The notes under the pieces are model-generated. The model saw nothing but the letters and a program-made list of their open reading frames with translations, made no database searches and had not been told where the DNA came from. A stretch of 64,000 nt of DNA. Origin: Eggerthellaceae bacterium. GTDB lineage: Bacteria; Actinomycetota; Coriobacteriia; Coriobacteriales; Eggerthellaceae. Position numbers and translations under genes: made by a program. The stretch lies in NCBI GenBank assembly GCA_036553105.1, contig JAXKBI010000046.1, positions 3,215 through 67,214 on the forward strand, in the 5' to 3' direction. Below, one piece after another: positions 37,017 through 46,886 of this stretch. The stretch's first letter is position 1. Each line of letters begins with the position of its first letter.

Positions 37017-39089
37017 GTGATCGATATAAACAGCACGCTGCCTTTAAAAAATGCATTTCCTCTGAAGAACGCTGCCACTCGTTTTGCTGCGATGTTCTTC
37101 GCGCTCGTTCTTGTCTGTTCGTTGGTGCCGTCGTCGGCCTTTGCTGAGGGTGCTTCGGCTCAGGGCGGCGCAGCTCCGAATACCTCGGCGCAAGACAATG
37201 CCATCGCGATCGTCTTCACCAACGACGTCCATTGTTCGATCGACGAGAAAACGACTACCGACGGGGTCAAGACGAACGTGGGCTACGTGGGAGTGGCGTC
37301 GATCGCAGATTCGGCGCGCGCCACCTATGGCAAAGACAACGTCGAACTTGTTGACGCCGGCGACGCAGTGCAGGGCGGACCCGTGGGGACGCTCGCCAAG
37401 GGCAAGGCCATTGTGGATATCATGAACGCCGCGAAGTACGACTACGCGGTTCCGGGCAACCACGAATTCGATTACGGAATGAATCGCTTCAATGAATTGG
37501 TCGCCGCATCGAGCGCCACCTATCTGTCGTGCAATTTCACCGATCTGCGTACAGGGCAGGCGCCGCTGAAGAGATATGCGATAGAAACCTACGAAGGAGT
37601 TGATCCTGCCGCCGATGACGCCGATGACGTGGTGAAGGTGGCGTACGTCGGAATAACGACGCCCGAAACGCTCACCAAGTCGTCCCCGGCTAGCTTTCAG
37701 GACGAATCGGGCAACTACGTGTACGGCTTTTGTCAGGATGAAACAGGTGCTGCCTTGTACGATAGCGTGCAGAAATCTGTTGATGCCGCGCGCGAGGCTG
37801 GCGCCGATTACGTGGTGGCGATAGGTCATCTGGGAGAATCCGGCATCACCGATCGCTGGACGAGCAAAGCGGTCATCGCGAACACCACGGGTATTGATGC
37901 GATGATCGACGGTCATTCTCATGAAACGTACTCTGAGATGGCTAAGAACAGACAGGGTGAAGATGTGGTGCTGGCTCAAACTGGCACGAAGCTTGCCGCC
38001 GTGGGTGAGCTCATCATCGACCCCGACGCGGGAGACGGCAAGGACATTTCTGTTGCCATAACGCCTGCTGCGCAGGTCGAGACTGGCACCGGCGCGACCG
38101 CCGAAGCAGTGAAAAGCGCGGTCGCCAGGGTAAATGAAGACCTGAACGCGGAACTGAATACCGTGGTTGGCGAAAGCCAGGTGGACCTGAAGTCGGAGGA
38201 CGCGGCCACGGGGCTTTACGTGCGTTGGCAGGAAACAAATCTGGGCGATTTCGTAGCCGATGCGTATCGGGCTCGTTTGAAGGCTGATGTTGGCCTAGCG
38301 AATGGCGGTGGCGTGCGCGCATCGCTTAGCGCTGGCGAGATTACTAATGGCAACCTGCTTGCGGTGCAGCCATTCGGCAACGAGCTGTGTCTGGTGGAGG
38401 TTACGGGCCAGACGCTGTTGGATGCGCTCGAAATGGGCGTGCACAAGCTGCCGGATTATTCGGGCGGGTTCCTCCAGGTGTCGGGCGTTCGATTCAACGT
38501 GGATGCTTCGATCCCGAGTCCGATCGTGACGGACGCGAACGGGAACTTCGTTTCGGCTGAAGGGCAACGGCGCGTGTCGAACGTGATGGTGGGCGATGAG
38601 CCGCTGGATCTTGAAAAGACCTACACGGTTGCGTCGCATGCCTACATGCTGCTGCAGGGTGGCGACGGCATGGTCATGTTCAAGGATGGCAAGGTGCTGC
38701 TTGAAAGCGTGATGCTGGATAACCAGGCGCTGATCGAATACGTGACCAAAGATTTGAATGGTATTATCGGTCAGAAGTACGCCAACCCTGAAGGCCAGGG
38801 GCGCATCGTGATAACGGAGGAGCCCAGTGACCCCAATGATGGCGGCGACTCGGGTGACGCTGGCGCAGGCGCTGGTGGCGGCTCGGGTGGCGGCGACTCA
38901 GGCAGTAGCGACGCCGCGAACAACGGTGATTCGAACAGCGCAAACGCCTCCGATCAGGCCAGCTCTCTCCCCAAAACGAGTGATGCTATGAGCGATGCGG
39001 CGAATACAGCAGTAGCCATCGCGCTTTTTGCGGCCCTGGCGTCTGCGGTAGCGGTGGCACGGATCGCTAGGCAAACGCGTCGCGCGTGA
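37017..39089 (+). CDS. Secreted, sortase-anchored bifunctional metallophosphatase/5'-nucleotidase
   Basis: Signal peptide (..SSAFA), TNDVH, DAGD, GNHEFD, GHSH and NGGGVR, then a Gly/Ser/Asp linker, LPKTS, TM segment and basic tail. Start approximate. Confidence 0.9.
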   Translation: MIDINSTLPLKNAFPLKNAATRFAAMFFALVLVCSLVPSSAFAEGASAQGGAAPNTSAQDNAIAIVFTNDVHCSIDEKTTTDGVKTNVGYVGVASIADSARATYGKDNVELVDAGDAVQGGPVGTLAKGKAIVDIMNAAKYDYAVPGNHEFDYGMNRFNELVAASSATYLSCNFTDLRTGQAPLKRYAIETYEGVDPAADDADDVVKVAYVGITTPETLTKSSPASFQDESGNYVYGFCQDETGAALYDSVQKSVDAAREAGADYVVAIGHLGESGITDRWTSKAVIANTTGIDAMIDGHSHETYSEMAKNRQGEDVVLAQTGTKLAAVGELIIDPDAGDGKDISVAITPAAQVETGTGATAEAVKSAVARVNEDLNAELNTVVGESQVDLKSEDAATGLYVRWQETNLGDFVADAYRARLKADVGLANGGGVRASLSAGEITNGNLLAVQPFGNELCLVEVTGQTLLDALEMGVHKLPDYSGGFLQVSGVRFNVDASIPSPIVTDANGNFVSAEGQRRVSNVMVGDEPLDLEKTYTVASHAYMLLQGGDGMVMFKDGKVLLESVMLDNQALIEYVTKDLNGIIGQKYANPEGQGRIVITEEPSDPNDGGDSGDAGAGAGGGSGGGDSGSSDAANNGDSNSANASDQASSLPKTSDAMSDAANTAVAIALFAALASAVAVARIARQTRRA

Positions 39090-39104
39090 ATCAAGCTGAG
39101 TCTA

Positions 39105-40484
39105 TTAAGTAGAAAACGTTAACGCCTCCATGGGGGGGGGTTCTGTCTTTGCTAAGTGCTCCCGCATAACGTCGAGCATTTCTTGCGAAAGATGCCTTTC
39201 CAACTTTCTGTAATGTGCCAGCGCAAGGTCGCGCCGATCCATCGCGATAAGGCTCTTTATAAGGATCAGATGCACCTCGGGGTTGGCTTTCTGCTGGGTC
39301 GACAGATGGGCTATCGTACGGAAGATCCGTTCGAACTTATTGTTCTGCGCGAGGATCTTCAGATACTCTTCCAGGGCGTTGTCGAAAAGTAGCAGATAAT
39401 AGGTGGCGTGCCCCATGAGCGAGATCTCCGTCTCAAGGCCGGGTAGTAAATTGCCGCTGTACATTTTTATGGCGTACTCCAGCAGAGCGAGCCGCTCAAT
39501 ATCCGAAATGTTCTTTTTCTTCGCCATATTACAGAACAGCTCGAACTGGCTTACGTCGAGAATGATCTCGTAGTCAGGGTTGATGAAATAGGAGTTGTTC
39601 TGCGACAGAATGAGCCCTTCGCTAAGCACGGGGTCAAGTGCCTTGCGGATGCGGAAGATCGCGCTCTTCACCGAACTCCTGGGGTTATTCGCCAGTGAAT
39701 TGCCCAGCAGGATCTCGGCGATTTCCTGCGTGGATATCCGTCGCTGTTGGTGAAGGAGCATGTTGGCCAAGAGCAGGGTGCACTGGTGCCCGCCGATGGA
39801 GTTGCAATCGATAGTTCCTTGGCGACTTGTAAGTTGGAACATGCCGAGCATCTTCACGAAAATGCCCGCTTCGGGAAGTTCGGTCTGTAAGAACGGGGTG
39901 TTTCCGCCTGCTATTTCTTCAAGCATGAGTCGCTTGGATATCTCGGTTTTTATGGCGTCTCCTGCCAGTGAAGTAGAGAGCGTGTACTCCGAAAAGCGGC
40001 GTGGATTCACTACGTTGAGCAACCAGAGGGTGTTGCTTGTCTTGATCAGGGGGTAGCAGATAAGAAGCTGTTCGCGCTCGCCTGCTCTTTTGCTTGGGTC
40101 AAGCCGGTAGACACCTTTTTCATTGCGAATGAAGTAATTGATCTTGTCTTCTTCGAGCTTTTGTAGGCTCTGCTCTTGGACGAACTCCTTCAGGCTGTAG
40201 GCCAGAGAATCGTTGAGGGGCCGTCGACCGTGTTCGGATGAGAACATAGTGTTTGCATCAAGGGTGCGCAAATTTATGGCGACTACGCTTGTAAGGTTGG
40301 CTTGATACACGTTCTTCAGTGCATCGAGTCGGATGAGGATGCGCTCGTCGAATTCTCTGTCCGAGGTGCACTTTCTGATTACCTGGTTGGTGAAACGCAC
40401 GAATACGGAAGCATAATTCAGGTCCGTTTCTTCAGGTGGGATGTCACCCAAAGAAGCATTAGGTTCTTTAGAAGAAAAATCCAT
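39105..40484 (-). CDS. SARP/AfsR-like transcriptional regulator (winged helix + BTAD)
   Basis: VKMLGMFQL, VKSAIFRIRKAL, YFIN...LDVSQFE and AIKMYSGNLLP. ATG 40484 behind GGAG. Confidence 0.75.
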   Translation of the reverse strand: MDFSSKEPNASLGDIPPEETDLNYASVFVRFTNQVIRKCTSDREFDERILIRLDALKNVYQANLTSVVAINLRTLDANTMFSSEHGRRPLNDSLAYSLKEFVQEQSLQKLEEDKINYFIRNEKGVYRLDPSKRAGEREQLLICYPLIKTSNTLWLLNVVNPRRFSEYTLSTSLAGDAIKTEISKRLMLEEIAGGNTPFLQTELPEAGIFVKMLGMFQLTSRQGTIDCNSIGGHQCTLLLANMLLHQQRRISTQEIAEILLGNSLANNPRSSVKSAIFRIRKALDPVLSEGLILSQNNSYFINPDYEIILDVSQFELFCNMAKKKNISDIERLALLEYAIKMYSGNLLPGLETEISLMGHATYYLLLFDNALEEYLKILAQNNKFERIFRTIAHLSTQQKANPEVHLILIKSLIAMDRRDLALAHYRKLERHLSQEMLDVMREHLAKTEPPPMEALTFST

Positions 40485-40702
40485 AATGGTCTCCAAAATG
40501 AACAGGCCTATATGAGTTCGGCTTCATGCCTTATGCGATGCCTGGGTCGGTCGGGGCGAATAGTGGTCGGGGTGTTGGTCGTCGAGGTCGGCGGATATGG
40601 TGCTCGGAACGTGGCGAACCCACCTCCCGGCTTCCGATAAACCGAGAGCCCCGGTTTGGTGACCAGGGCTCTTGATCATTGAGGGCTAAATGAGGTTGCA
40701 AA

Positions 40703-42766
40703 TTAAACTGCCATGCCAACCTGATAGCCCGCATTGATAGCTTCGAGGGTTCTTGTGACGGTACCTCTGGGACAGGTGGCGTCTCCGATGAGCTGCGCCT
40801 GTGGGAAGGCGGAGCGTATGTGCTCGTAAAGCTCGCGGTTCTCTTCCACTCCCAAAGAAAGCAGGACCGTGTCGCACGCGATAAGGCTCTCTTCGCCCGT
40901 TTCGGTGTTCTTGACCTGTGCTCCTTGCTTCGTTATCCCGATAAGCTTGGTGTTGGTAAGGCAAGTGGCGCCCCGTTGTTTGATGCTGTTTATCTGAGGC
41001 TTTCTGTCAATGATTCCAATACCGTTGCCCAGCTTGGGGCTTTCTTCGATCACGGTTACTTCACGCCCTTCCAGCATGGCGGACGCGCATTCCAGGCCTG
41101 CGAATCCACCGCCAACGATAACGAGGCGCTGGCCAAGAATGGTGTGCATCTTCAGGCCGGTTCGCATGAACTTTACCGTGCCGCCCTGAGCTTTGATGGC
41201 CTGAACGGCGCTCCACCACAGGAGCCCCTTCCCCTCGGGCACATTTCCGCTTACCATTTCCTTCACGTCTTGCGAGCTCACTACGTTCTTGCCGTTAATG
41301 CCGGGAACATCAATGCTGATGATCTTCCCGCCTGGCGCGACTATAACTTCGTCTGGCTGCAGCGACTGGATGGTTTCTATGGTCGCCTCGGTGTTCAGCC
41401 GAATATCGACGTTCTTGAGGGTTTTAACCTCTTCGTTCCAGTAGTTCACATAGGGTTCCATGCAAGGGTTCAGAACCTGGGCCATTGAAAGAAGACCGGC
41501 TATGCGTCCTTGCTTTTCTAGAATGGTCACCTTGTGTCCACGTATGCTGGCGACTCGCGCAGTTTCGAGCGCAGAAGGGCCGGCGCCAATAATGACGATG
41601 TGCTTCTGTTCGGGTGCGGGGTGATCTTCCGGAAGCCCGAGTGCGTAGTTGGTAACGTTGGCGTTCACTGAACACTGAATGGGCTTTCCAAGGAAGCTAT
41701 GATCAAGGCAACGGCTACACACAATACAACTACGGATCTGCTGAGGCCTGCCCTCTGCGACCTTATTGACGAATTCCGGTTCCGCAATGAACGATCGCGC
41801 CATACCCACCATGTCACCGTAGCCTTCTTCGACCACCTTGTTGCAAAGCGATAGATTCGTAATGCGGGTGCCGGGGAACACGGGCAGCTTAGTGACCGCG
41901 CGAACGGCTTTCGCCAAATCGATGAATTCGCCTTCGGGTACGAGTGAGTTAGCTACGGGGCGTGGTGCCTCGTGGAATCCAACCTGAATGCTCCATGCGT
42001 CGACCCCATGAGCTTCCACCAGGGGGATGAGCTCCAGGGTGTCTTCGATGCGGTTGCCGCCGGGCATAAGATCGTCTGCCGATGTGCGAATGAGGATGGG
42101 TGTGCCGGGACACGTTTCGTGGATCCGGTCAATCACTTCCGTGAGAAGTCGCGCCCTGTTCTCTAGGCTGCCACCGTATTCATCGGTGCGATGGTTGGAA
42201 TACTTGCTCAGGAAGCGCATGATCATGTATCCGATACCGGCGTGTACCTCGATGATGTCAGCTCCGCCCTCGACAAGGCGCCGTGCAGCCTGGCCATATT
42301 GTTCGACGACGCACTTGATCTGCTCGATGGTGTACTCGTGGTCGGGCATTCCAATAAAGGGCCCGCTGACCACGTCTTTTGAAGGAGCGTATGACGCGAG
42401 CGGGTCATCGCCTGAAGCACGCCATTCGTAGCAGAGCTGGAGCTGCCCAGCGACCTTCGCGCCATGTTTGTGGCATGCATCGGTAAGCTTCTTCCAACCG
42501 GGAATGAAGCAGTCATCCCACATGCCCACAGCTCCTGTGGTGGTGTAGTACTTGGGCTGAGTGTCGAAGAGATCGCTGATGTATACGGACCCCACCTCGA
42601 TTAGCCCCACGCCACCCTTCGCCCGCTGCTCGTAGAAATCAACGATGGCGTCGGTGATGTAGTAGTTGTCTACTAATTCGGTAGTCATAGGCAGCATGAC
42701 GAAGCGATTTTTGATATCGACATCTCCTATGGATATTGGCTCAAGGAGCTTTTCGTAGGGTTTCAT
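40703..42766 (-). CDS. FMN/FAD/Fe-S Old Yellow Enzyme family oxidoreductase (FadH/BaiCD-like)
   Basis: KNRFVMLPM, RAKGGVGLI, HAGIGY, RTDEYGGSLENRAR, CIVCSRC...CSVN and two Rossmann motifs. Confidence 0.9.
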   Translation of the reverse strand: MKPYEKLLEPISIGDVDIKNRFVMLPMTTELVDNYYITDAIVDFYEQRAKGGVGLIEVGSVYISDLFDTQPKYYTTTGAVGMWDDCFIPGWKKLTDACHKHGAKVAGQLQLCYEWRASGDDPLASYAPSKDVVSGPFIGMPDHEYTIEQIKCVVEQYGQAARRLVEGGADIIEVHAGIGYMIMRFLSKYSNHRTDEYGGSLENRARLLTEVIDRIHETCPGTPILIRTSADDLMPGGNRIEDTLELIPLVEAHGVDAWSIQVGFHEAPRPVANSLVPEGEFIDLAKAVRAVTKLPVFPGTRITNLSLCNKVVEEGYGDMVGMARSFIAEPEFVNKVAEGRPQQIRSCIVCSRCLDHSFLGKPIQCSVNANVTNYALGLPEDHPAPEQKHIVIIGAGPSALETARVASIRGHKVTILEKQGRIAGLLSMAQVLNPCMEPYVNYWNEEVKTLKNVDIRLNTEATIETIQSLQPDEVIVAPGGKIISIDVPGINGKNVVSSQDVKEMVSGNVPEGKGLLWWSAVQAIKAQGGTVKFMRTGLKMHTILGQRLVIVGGGFAGLECASAMLEGREVTVIEESPKLGNGIGIIDRKPQINSIKQRGATCLTNTKLIGITKQGAQVKNTETGEESLIACDTVLLSLGVEENRELYEHIRSAFPQAQLIGDATCPRGTVTRTLEAINAGYQVGMAV

Positions 42767-42778
42767 GACGCCTCCTTT

Positions 42779-44056
42779 CTAATCCCGTATGGAATCAGGA
42801 CCATAGCTCGGTTGCGTAACGGAGGAGGGTAATTCGGGGCCAGCATAGACTCTGACGGCGCCTTGCTCTTGTAGCGATGTAACTTCCTCTTCCTCGTAGC
42901 CCAGGCCAAGCATAACCTCTTTAGTGTCATAGCCGATGGGCTTGCTGCGATACAGTACGGGGTCGCCGACTGACTGAAGCCTGATCGGGCTGGTGGCAAG
43001 GCACTTTTCGCCGTATTCGTCGTAGGGAAGTTTGCGCAGAATGTCGTTGGCGAACGCCTCTTCGTCTACGAGGACATCTTCAAAGTGGAAGAGCTTATGG
43101 TATGCGATGGAGTTTTCCTTGAACACCTTCTCCCAATAGTCGAAATCGTGCTGCGCGAACGCTTCTTCCATCCACTGGATGACCTTTTTGTTAGTGCCGG
43201 TTGCATTCATGACTGCAAGGGTGTTGTACCGTTCGTCGTCGATCAGATGATCAAGCCCGAGCAAATGCATAACGGTCGGGAAGTACGTGTCGGACGAACC
43301 CATGCACAGAATGAACCAGGTGCCGTCTTTTGCCATGTAGGTATTATTAGTCGGAGTTGCGGCGTTCTTGCGGCTCTTCGGCCATACGTCACCAAACTGT
43401 GTTGAAGCGAGGCCGATCTGCATGGCCCAGCATGCAACGTGATACAGATTGACGGTCACCTTGTCACCCAGGCCGGTCTTTTCGCGACGGTAAAGCGCGC
43501 TCATAATGCCAGCGGTTAATGCCAAGCTGCACTGGAAATCACCAAAGCCGTTGGGCATGTTGACGGGCGCGAAGTTGTCTGACTGAGGAAGGCTCGCGAA
43601 CACGCCGCCGCGTCCATTGTAGGCGGTGTTGTCGAACCCGCGGGAATCCTTTTCGGGCCCGCGCCAACCGAAGCCGCGCATCTGCGCCCAGACGAGGCGA
43701 GGGTACTTTTCCTTGACCGTTTCGTAGTCGAGGCCCAGATGCTCAAGGCCCTTGTCGCGGAAGCTGGTCACCATGACGTCTGCGTTCTGCAGCAGTTTGT
43801 CCAGGAATGCGGCTCCTTCGGGGCTTTTTAGGTTCACGCTCAGGAACTTCTTGTTGGTTGAGCAGAGGTCGAAGGCCGGGTCGTCGATGTCGGTTTTCTG
43901 CATGCCGAATCCGCTGGCATTGTTGCGGTAGTCATCTCCTTCGAACGGTTCGACCTTGTATACCGTGGCTCCCATTTCTGCCAGAACGCGCGGGCAGGCG
44001 GGCCCTGCGACGTAGCTGGCTAGTTCTACTACTCGGAGTCCTTCTAGTCCTTTCAT
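42779..44056 (-). CDS. Family III CoA-transferase (CaiB/BaiF/FldA-like)
   Basis: LEGLRVVELASYVAGP, MGATVYKVEP, NKKFLSVNLK, GFD and catalytic Asp in GFGD. Confidence 0.92.
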   Translation of the reverse strand: MKGLEGLRVVELASYVAGPACPRVLAEMGATVYKVEPFEGDDYRNNASGFGMQKTDIDDPAFDLCSTNKKFLSVNLKSPEGAAFLDKLLQNADVMVTSFRDKGLEHLGLDYETVKEKYPRLVWAQMRGFGWRGPEKDSRGFDNTAYNGRGGVFASLPQSDNFAPVNMPNGFGDFQCSLALTAGIMSALYRREKTGLGDKVTVNLYHVACWAMQIGLASTQFGDVWPKSRKNAATPTNNTYMAKDGTWFILCMGSSDTYFPTVMHLLGLDHLIDDERYNTLAVMNATGTNKKVIQWMEEAFAQHDFDYWEKVFKENSIAYHKLFHFEDVLVDEEAFANDILRKLPYDEYGEKCLATSPIRLQSVGDPVLYRSKPIGYDTKEVMLGLGYEEEEVTSLQEQGAVRVYAGPELPSSVTQPSYGPDSIRD

Positions 44057-44191
44057 GGGGATCCTCCTTTGCTTAATGGTTTTAGGTAAAGGCGGCCTTG
44101 CGAATCAAGTTCGAGGTGCGCTTGATCCACAAGGCCGGTGGGTGACAGCTATGACGAGAGGGAAAAGGAGGCAGCTGTCACATGAGGGCGG

Positions 44192-45673
44192 TTATTTCTT
44201 CTGCCTGTCTCGGTATTCTTGAACGACCTCGTCATTGATCTTTTCAAGCGTCTGTCCCCGAGTTTCGACACCGCAGATCGCAATGATGAGTGCCATGACG
44301 AACAGAGTGATACCGATAAAGGTGTACACAGCGCCTGCCGGGTTCGCTGCTGCGAAGCAGCCTGCGATGATCGAAGGCGAAACGATAGCCGCAACGCGTC
44401 CCATTGCGTTCGCGAAGCCGCCACCACGGAGCCTTAACTCGGTGGGGAACACTTCACCCAGGTAGGCCGAACACGCGACCAGTGCGTAGTAGTAAGTAAG
44501 AGCGCACAGGATGAATCCGACGACCATAACGATCGTGGGGTCGGTCTGCTGCGACCATGCGAAGCCTGCGATAGCGATGGCTATGAGCAGGATCACCATA
44601 CCCCATTTACGCGGATGCTTGTCAACCAAGAGGGATTCGATCAATACGCCGACCGGACAGCCGATGAGCATGATAACGGTCATGTAGAGTGACTTGCCTA
44701 CGTCAACACCTTGCATAACGAACAGGGTGGGCGTCCAGTTCGTGATGGTCTGAACAACGAGGTTCATTGCCATGAGGCCAACACTTACGGTGATGGTACG
44801 GCGGATCATCTTCTTGCCGAACAGTGCGCGCCAAGGAAGGTCCACTACTTCGCTCATTTCCTCGTTCGCCTTGCGTACTTCTTCGAGCTGCTCGTCGGTG
44901 AGTTCGGGTACTTCGATACCGCGAGAGCGGTAGGCGTTCTCTACTTCGGTGAGCTTCGCGTCGGCCTCTTCGTAGCGACCCTTAGAGGTGTACCAGCGAG
45001 GGCTTTCGTCGAGGAACTTGAAGATGAGGAACCAGATACCAAGAGCAACGATGGAGATGAGGATGAAGATGGGGCGCCAGCCAACTACTGGGATGATGAG
45101 CATGGTCAGAAGCGCGCCGATCGGAGGCGAAACGTTGCCGATCAATCCAATATAACCTGAGTATTTTCCTCGGATCTTAGGAGTGAGATATTCAGGGAAT
45201 GCTGCGTAACAGCCAGGCATGGTTGCGCCTAAGCCGATACCCATAAGGAAGCGTGCAGCGATGAGGACGTTCATTGTAGGAGCAAATGCGGCAAAGAACG
45301 TCGCCACGGTGAAGATCATTACATTGATGAGCAACGCCTTGCGTCTTCCGAAACGGTCGCCCAGATAGCCCGACAGGAAAGAGCCGATCAGGTACCCGAA
45401 CATGGTCATGGAGACGAATAGGGAGTTCTGGTCGATGGTGGACCAGCCCTCGCTTACGAGCTGAGCTAGGATGCCGCCACCAACGTAGTTATCCAAAGAG
45501 TCGATGAAGATAGCGCCGCCGAAAAGCCACATGAGCTTTTTCTGCCAACGCCCAACGGGCATACGGTCGATTCGAGCTGCAATACCATGCGTTGTTTTGT
45601 TGAGTTCGGCACGATCGAGGGCGGAGAGGTTGTCGGCTCTAGCATCAAGGCGAGCTTTGGTGTCTGCTGTCAT
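44192..45673 (-). CDS. MFS transporter (aromatic-acid/YdjE-like)
   Basis: GDRFGRR, PEY....RGK, ESPRW, EVFPTELR and ETRGQTLE. Confidence 0.9.
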   Translation of the reverse strand: MTADTKARLDARADNLSALDRAELNKTTHGIAARIDRMPVGRWQKKLMWLFGGAIFIDSLDNYVGGGILAQLVSEGWSTIDQNSLFVSMTMFGYLIGSFLSGYLGDRFGRRKALLINVMIFTVATFFAAFAPTMNVLIAARFLMGIGLGATMPGCYAAFPEYLTPKIRGKYSGYIGLIGNVSPPIGALLTMLIIPVVGWRPIFILISIVALGIWFLIFKFLDESPRWYTSKGRYEEADAKLTEVENAYRSRGIEVPELTDEQLEEVRKANEEMSEVVDLPWRALFGKKMIRRTITVSVGLMAMNLVVQTITNWTPTLFVMQGVDVGKSLYMTVIMLIGCPVGVLIESLLVDKHPRKWGMVILLIAIAIAGFAWSQQTDPTIVMVVGFILCALTYYYALVACSAYLGEVFPTELRLRGGGFANAMGRVAAIVSPSIIAGCFAAANPAGAVYTFIGITLFVMALIIAICGVETRGQTLEKINDEVVQEYRDRQKK

Positions 45674-45937
45674 GATTACACCTTCTTTCTGTTTCCGAAA
45701 TGGATAAGAGCGCGAGTGACGCAGGCTTTCACGCGCTAGGCAGAAAGAGGAGAGAGCCCCCTGCACGAGTCTCCCATTCGACTGCTTACTTGCATGGTAG
45801 AAAGCAAAGGTCGCAAAAAAAGAAATGGTGCGGTTGAATTTGGGTTTATTTAGCGGTTTGTTTTGGGTGCGGGGGTGGGGGTGCGATTTTACTTCAGGCT
45901 ATGGGTTCTCCGTGTTTCACGGTCTATATTTGCTGAC

Positions 45938-46864
45938 TTATTTCAGGTAGTAATCCTCTAGGGGCATAATTCCAGCAGGAAATTTGATGTGACGCTGGGT
46001 GAACCTGATGAATTCATTTGCCAAGTGCGAATGAAATGTTTTTTTGTCATATCCCAGATAGACGATATGAAATGGATCTCTCAATTCGGCAATTGGGACA
46101 GTTGTAAAGTTATCGAGGGAAAAACCATCAAGTGTCTCTAGAATAATTGCCACTGAGGTGCTGTCGGATGCAATAAGGAACGCAGCGGTAAGCTCCTCAT
46201 CGAACCTGGAATCAAATTTAATCCCGTAAGATTGAAAGAGCCCCTTTAGTGCGGTATGCGCATACGAGCCTGGTCGATACGTAATAACTTTTTCGTTGCG
46301 AAGTTCTTGCAGAGATATGGCGTTGCGTTTTGCAAAGGGATGATTTGAGTTGACCGCGAGCACTGCGTTTTGCGAAAGTTGTGGAACAAAAGTAATGTTC
46401 CTGTTCGGACTTTCGAGTTTTCCACAAAAAACAAGGTCGTATTTGCCATCATTAAGCCCTTTTATGCATTCATAGGTTGTGCCTGAGTAAATATCAAAGG
46501 TCATGTCGTTACCAAATGCGCCTTTAAACATGCTTAAGAGGCGGGGGAGATAACCTCGCTGAAGGCTAGGAACGACACCAATGCGGATATGTCCACTCGT
46601 TTTGGAGTTGTATTCACGCATTGTCTCGACGGCTTTGTCGATTTCCTTGAGGGCAACGCAGATATGGTCGTTGAATTCCTTGCCGTAGTTGGTTAGGCGA
46701 GTGCTGCGGCCGACTCTTTCGAATAAAGGAACTCCAAGCTCATTTTCGAGGCTTTTGATTGAGTTGGAGAGAGACGGCTGTGTGGTATAGAGACTTTTTG
46801 CGGCCTTACCATAATGCTCGTATTGAGCTAACGTGCGAAAATAATATAACTGCGCAAGATTCAT
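45938..46864 (-). CDS. LysR family transcriptional regulator
   Basis: MNLAQLYYF...AAKSLYTTQPSLSNSIKSLENELGVPLFER. Confidence 0.95.
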   Translation of the reverse strand: MNLAQLYYFRTLAQYEHYGKAAKSLYTTQPSLSNSIKSLENELGVPLFERVGRSTRLTNYGKEFNDHICVALKEIDKAVETMREYNSKTSGHIRIGVVPSLQRGYLPRLLSMFKGAFGNDMTFDIYSGTTYECIKGLNDGKYDLVFCGKLESPNRNITFVPQLSQNAVLAVNSNHPFAKRNAISLQELRNEKVITYRPGSYAHTALKGLFQSYGIKFDSRFDEELTAAFLIASDSTSVAIILETLDGFSLDNFTTVPIAELRDPFHIVYLGYDKKTFHSHLANEFIRFTQRHIKFPAGIMPLEDYYLK

Positions 46865-46886
46865 GGGCCAGTTCACCTCTTTTCGA

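Noticed and set aside
39132..39140. Third G9 tract (C9 on the coding strand of the SARP regulator)
   Set aside because: It lies within the last ~11 codons, so slippage would change only the tail. Weak case for phase variation.
40703..44056. Bile-acid bai operon (baiCD/baiF)
   Set aside because: Same families, but no baiB, baiE or baiA genes are adjacent, and the context points to hydroaromatic acids.
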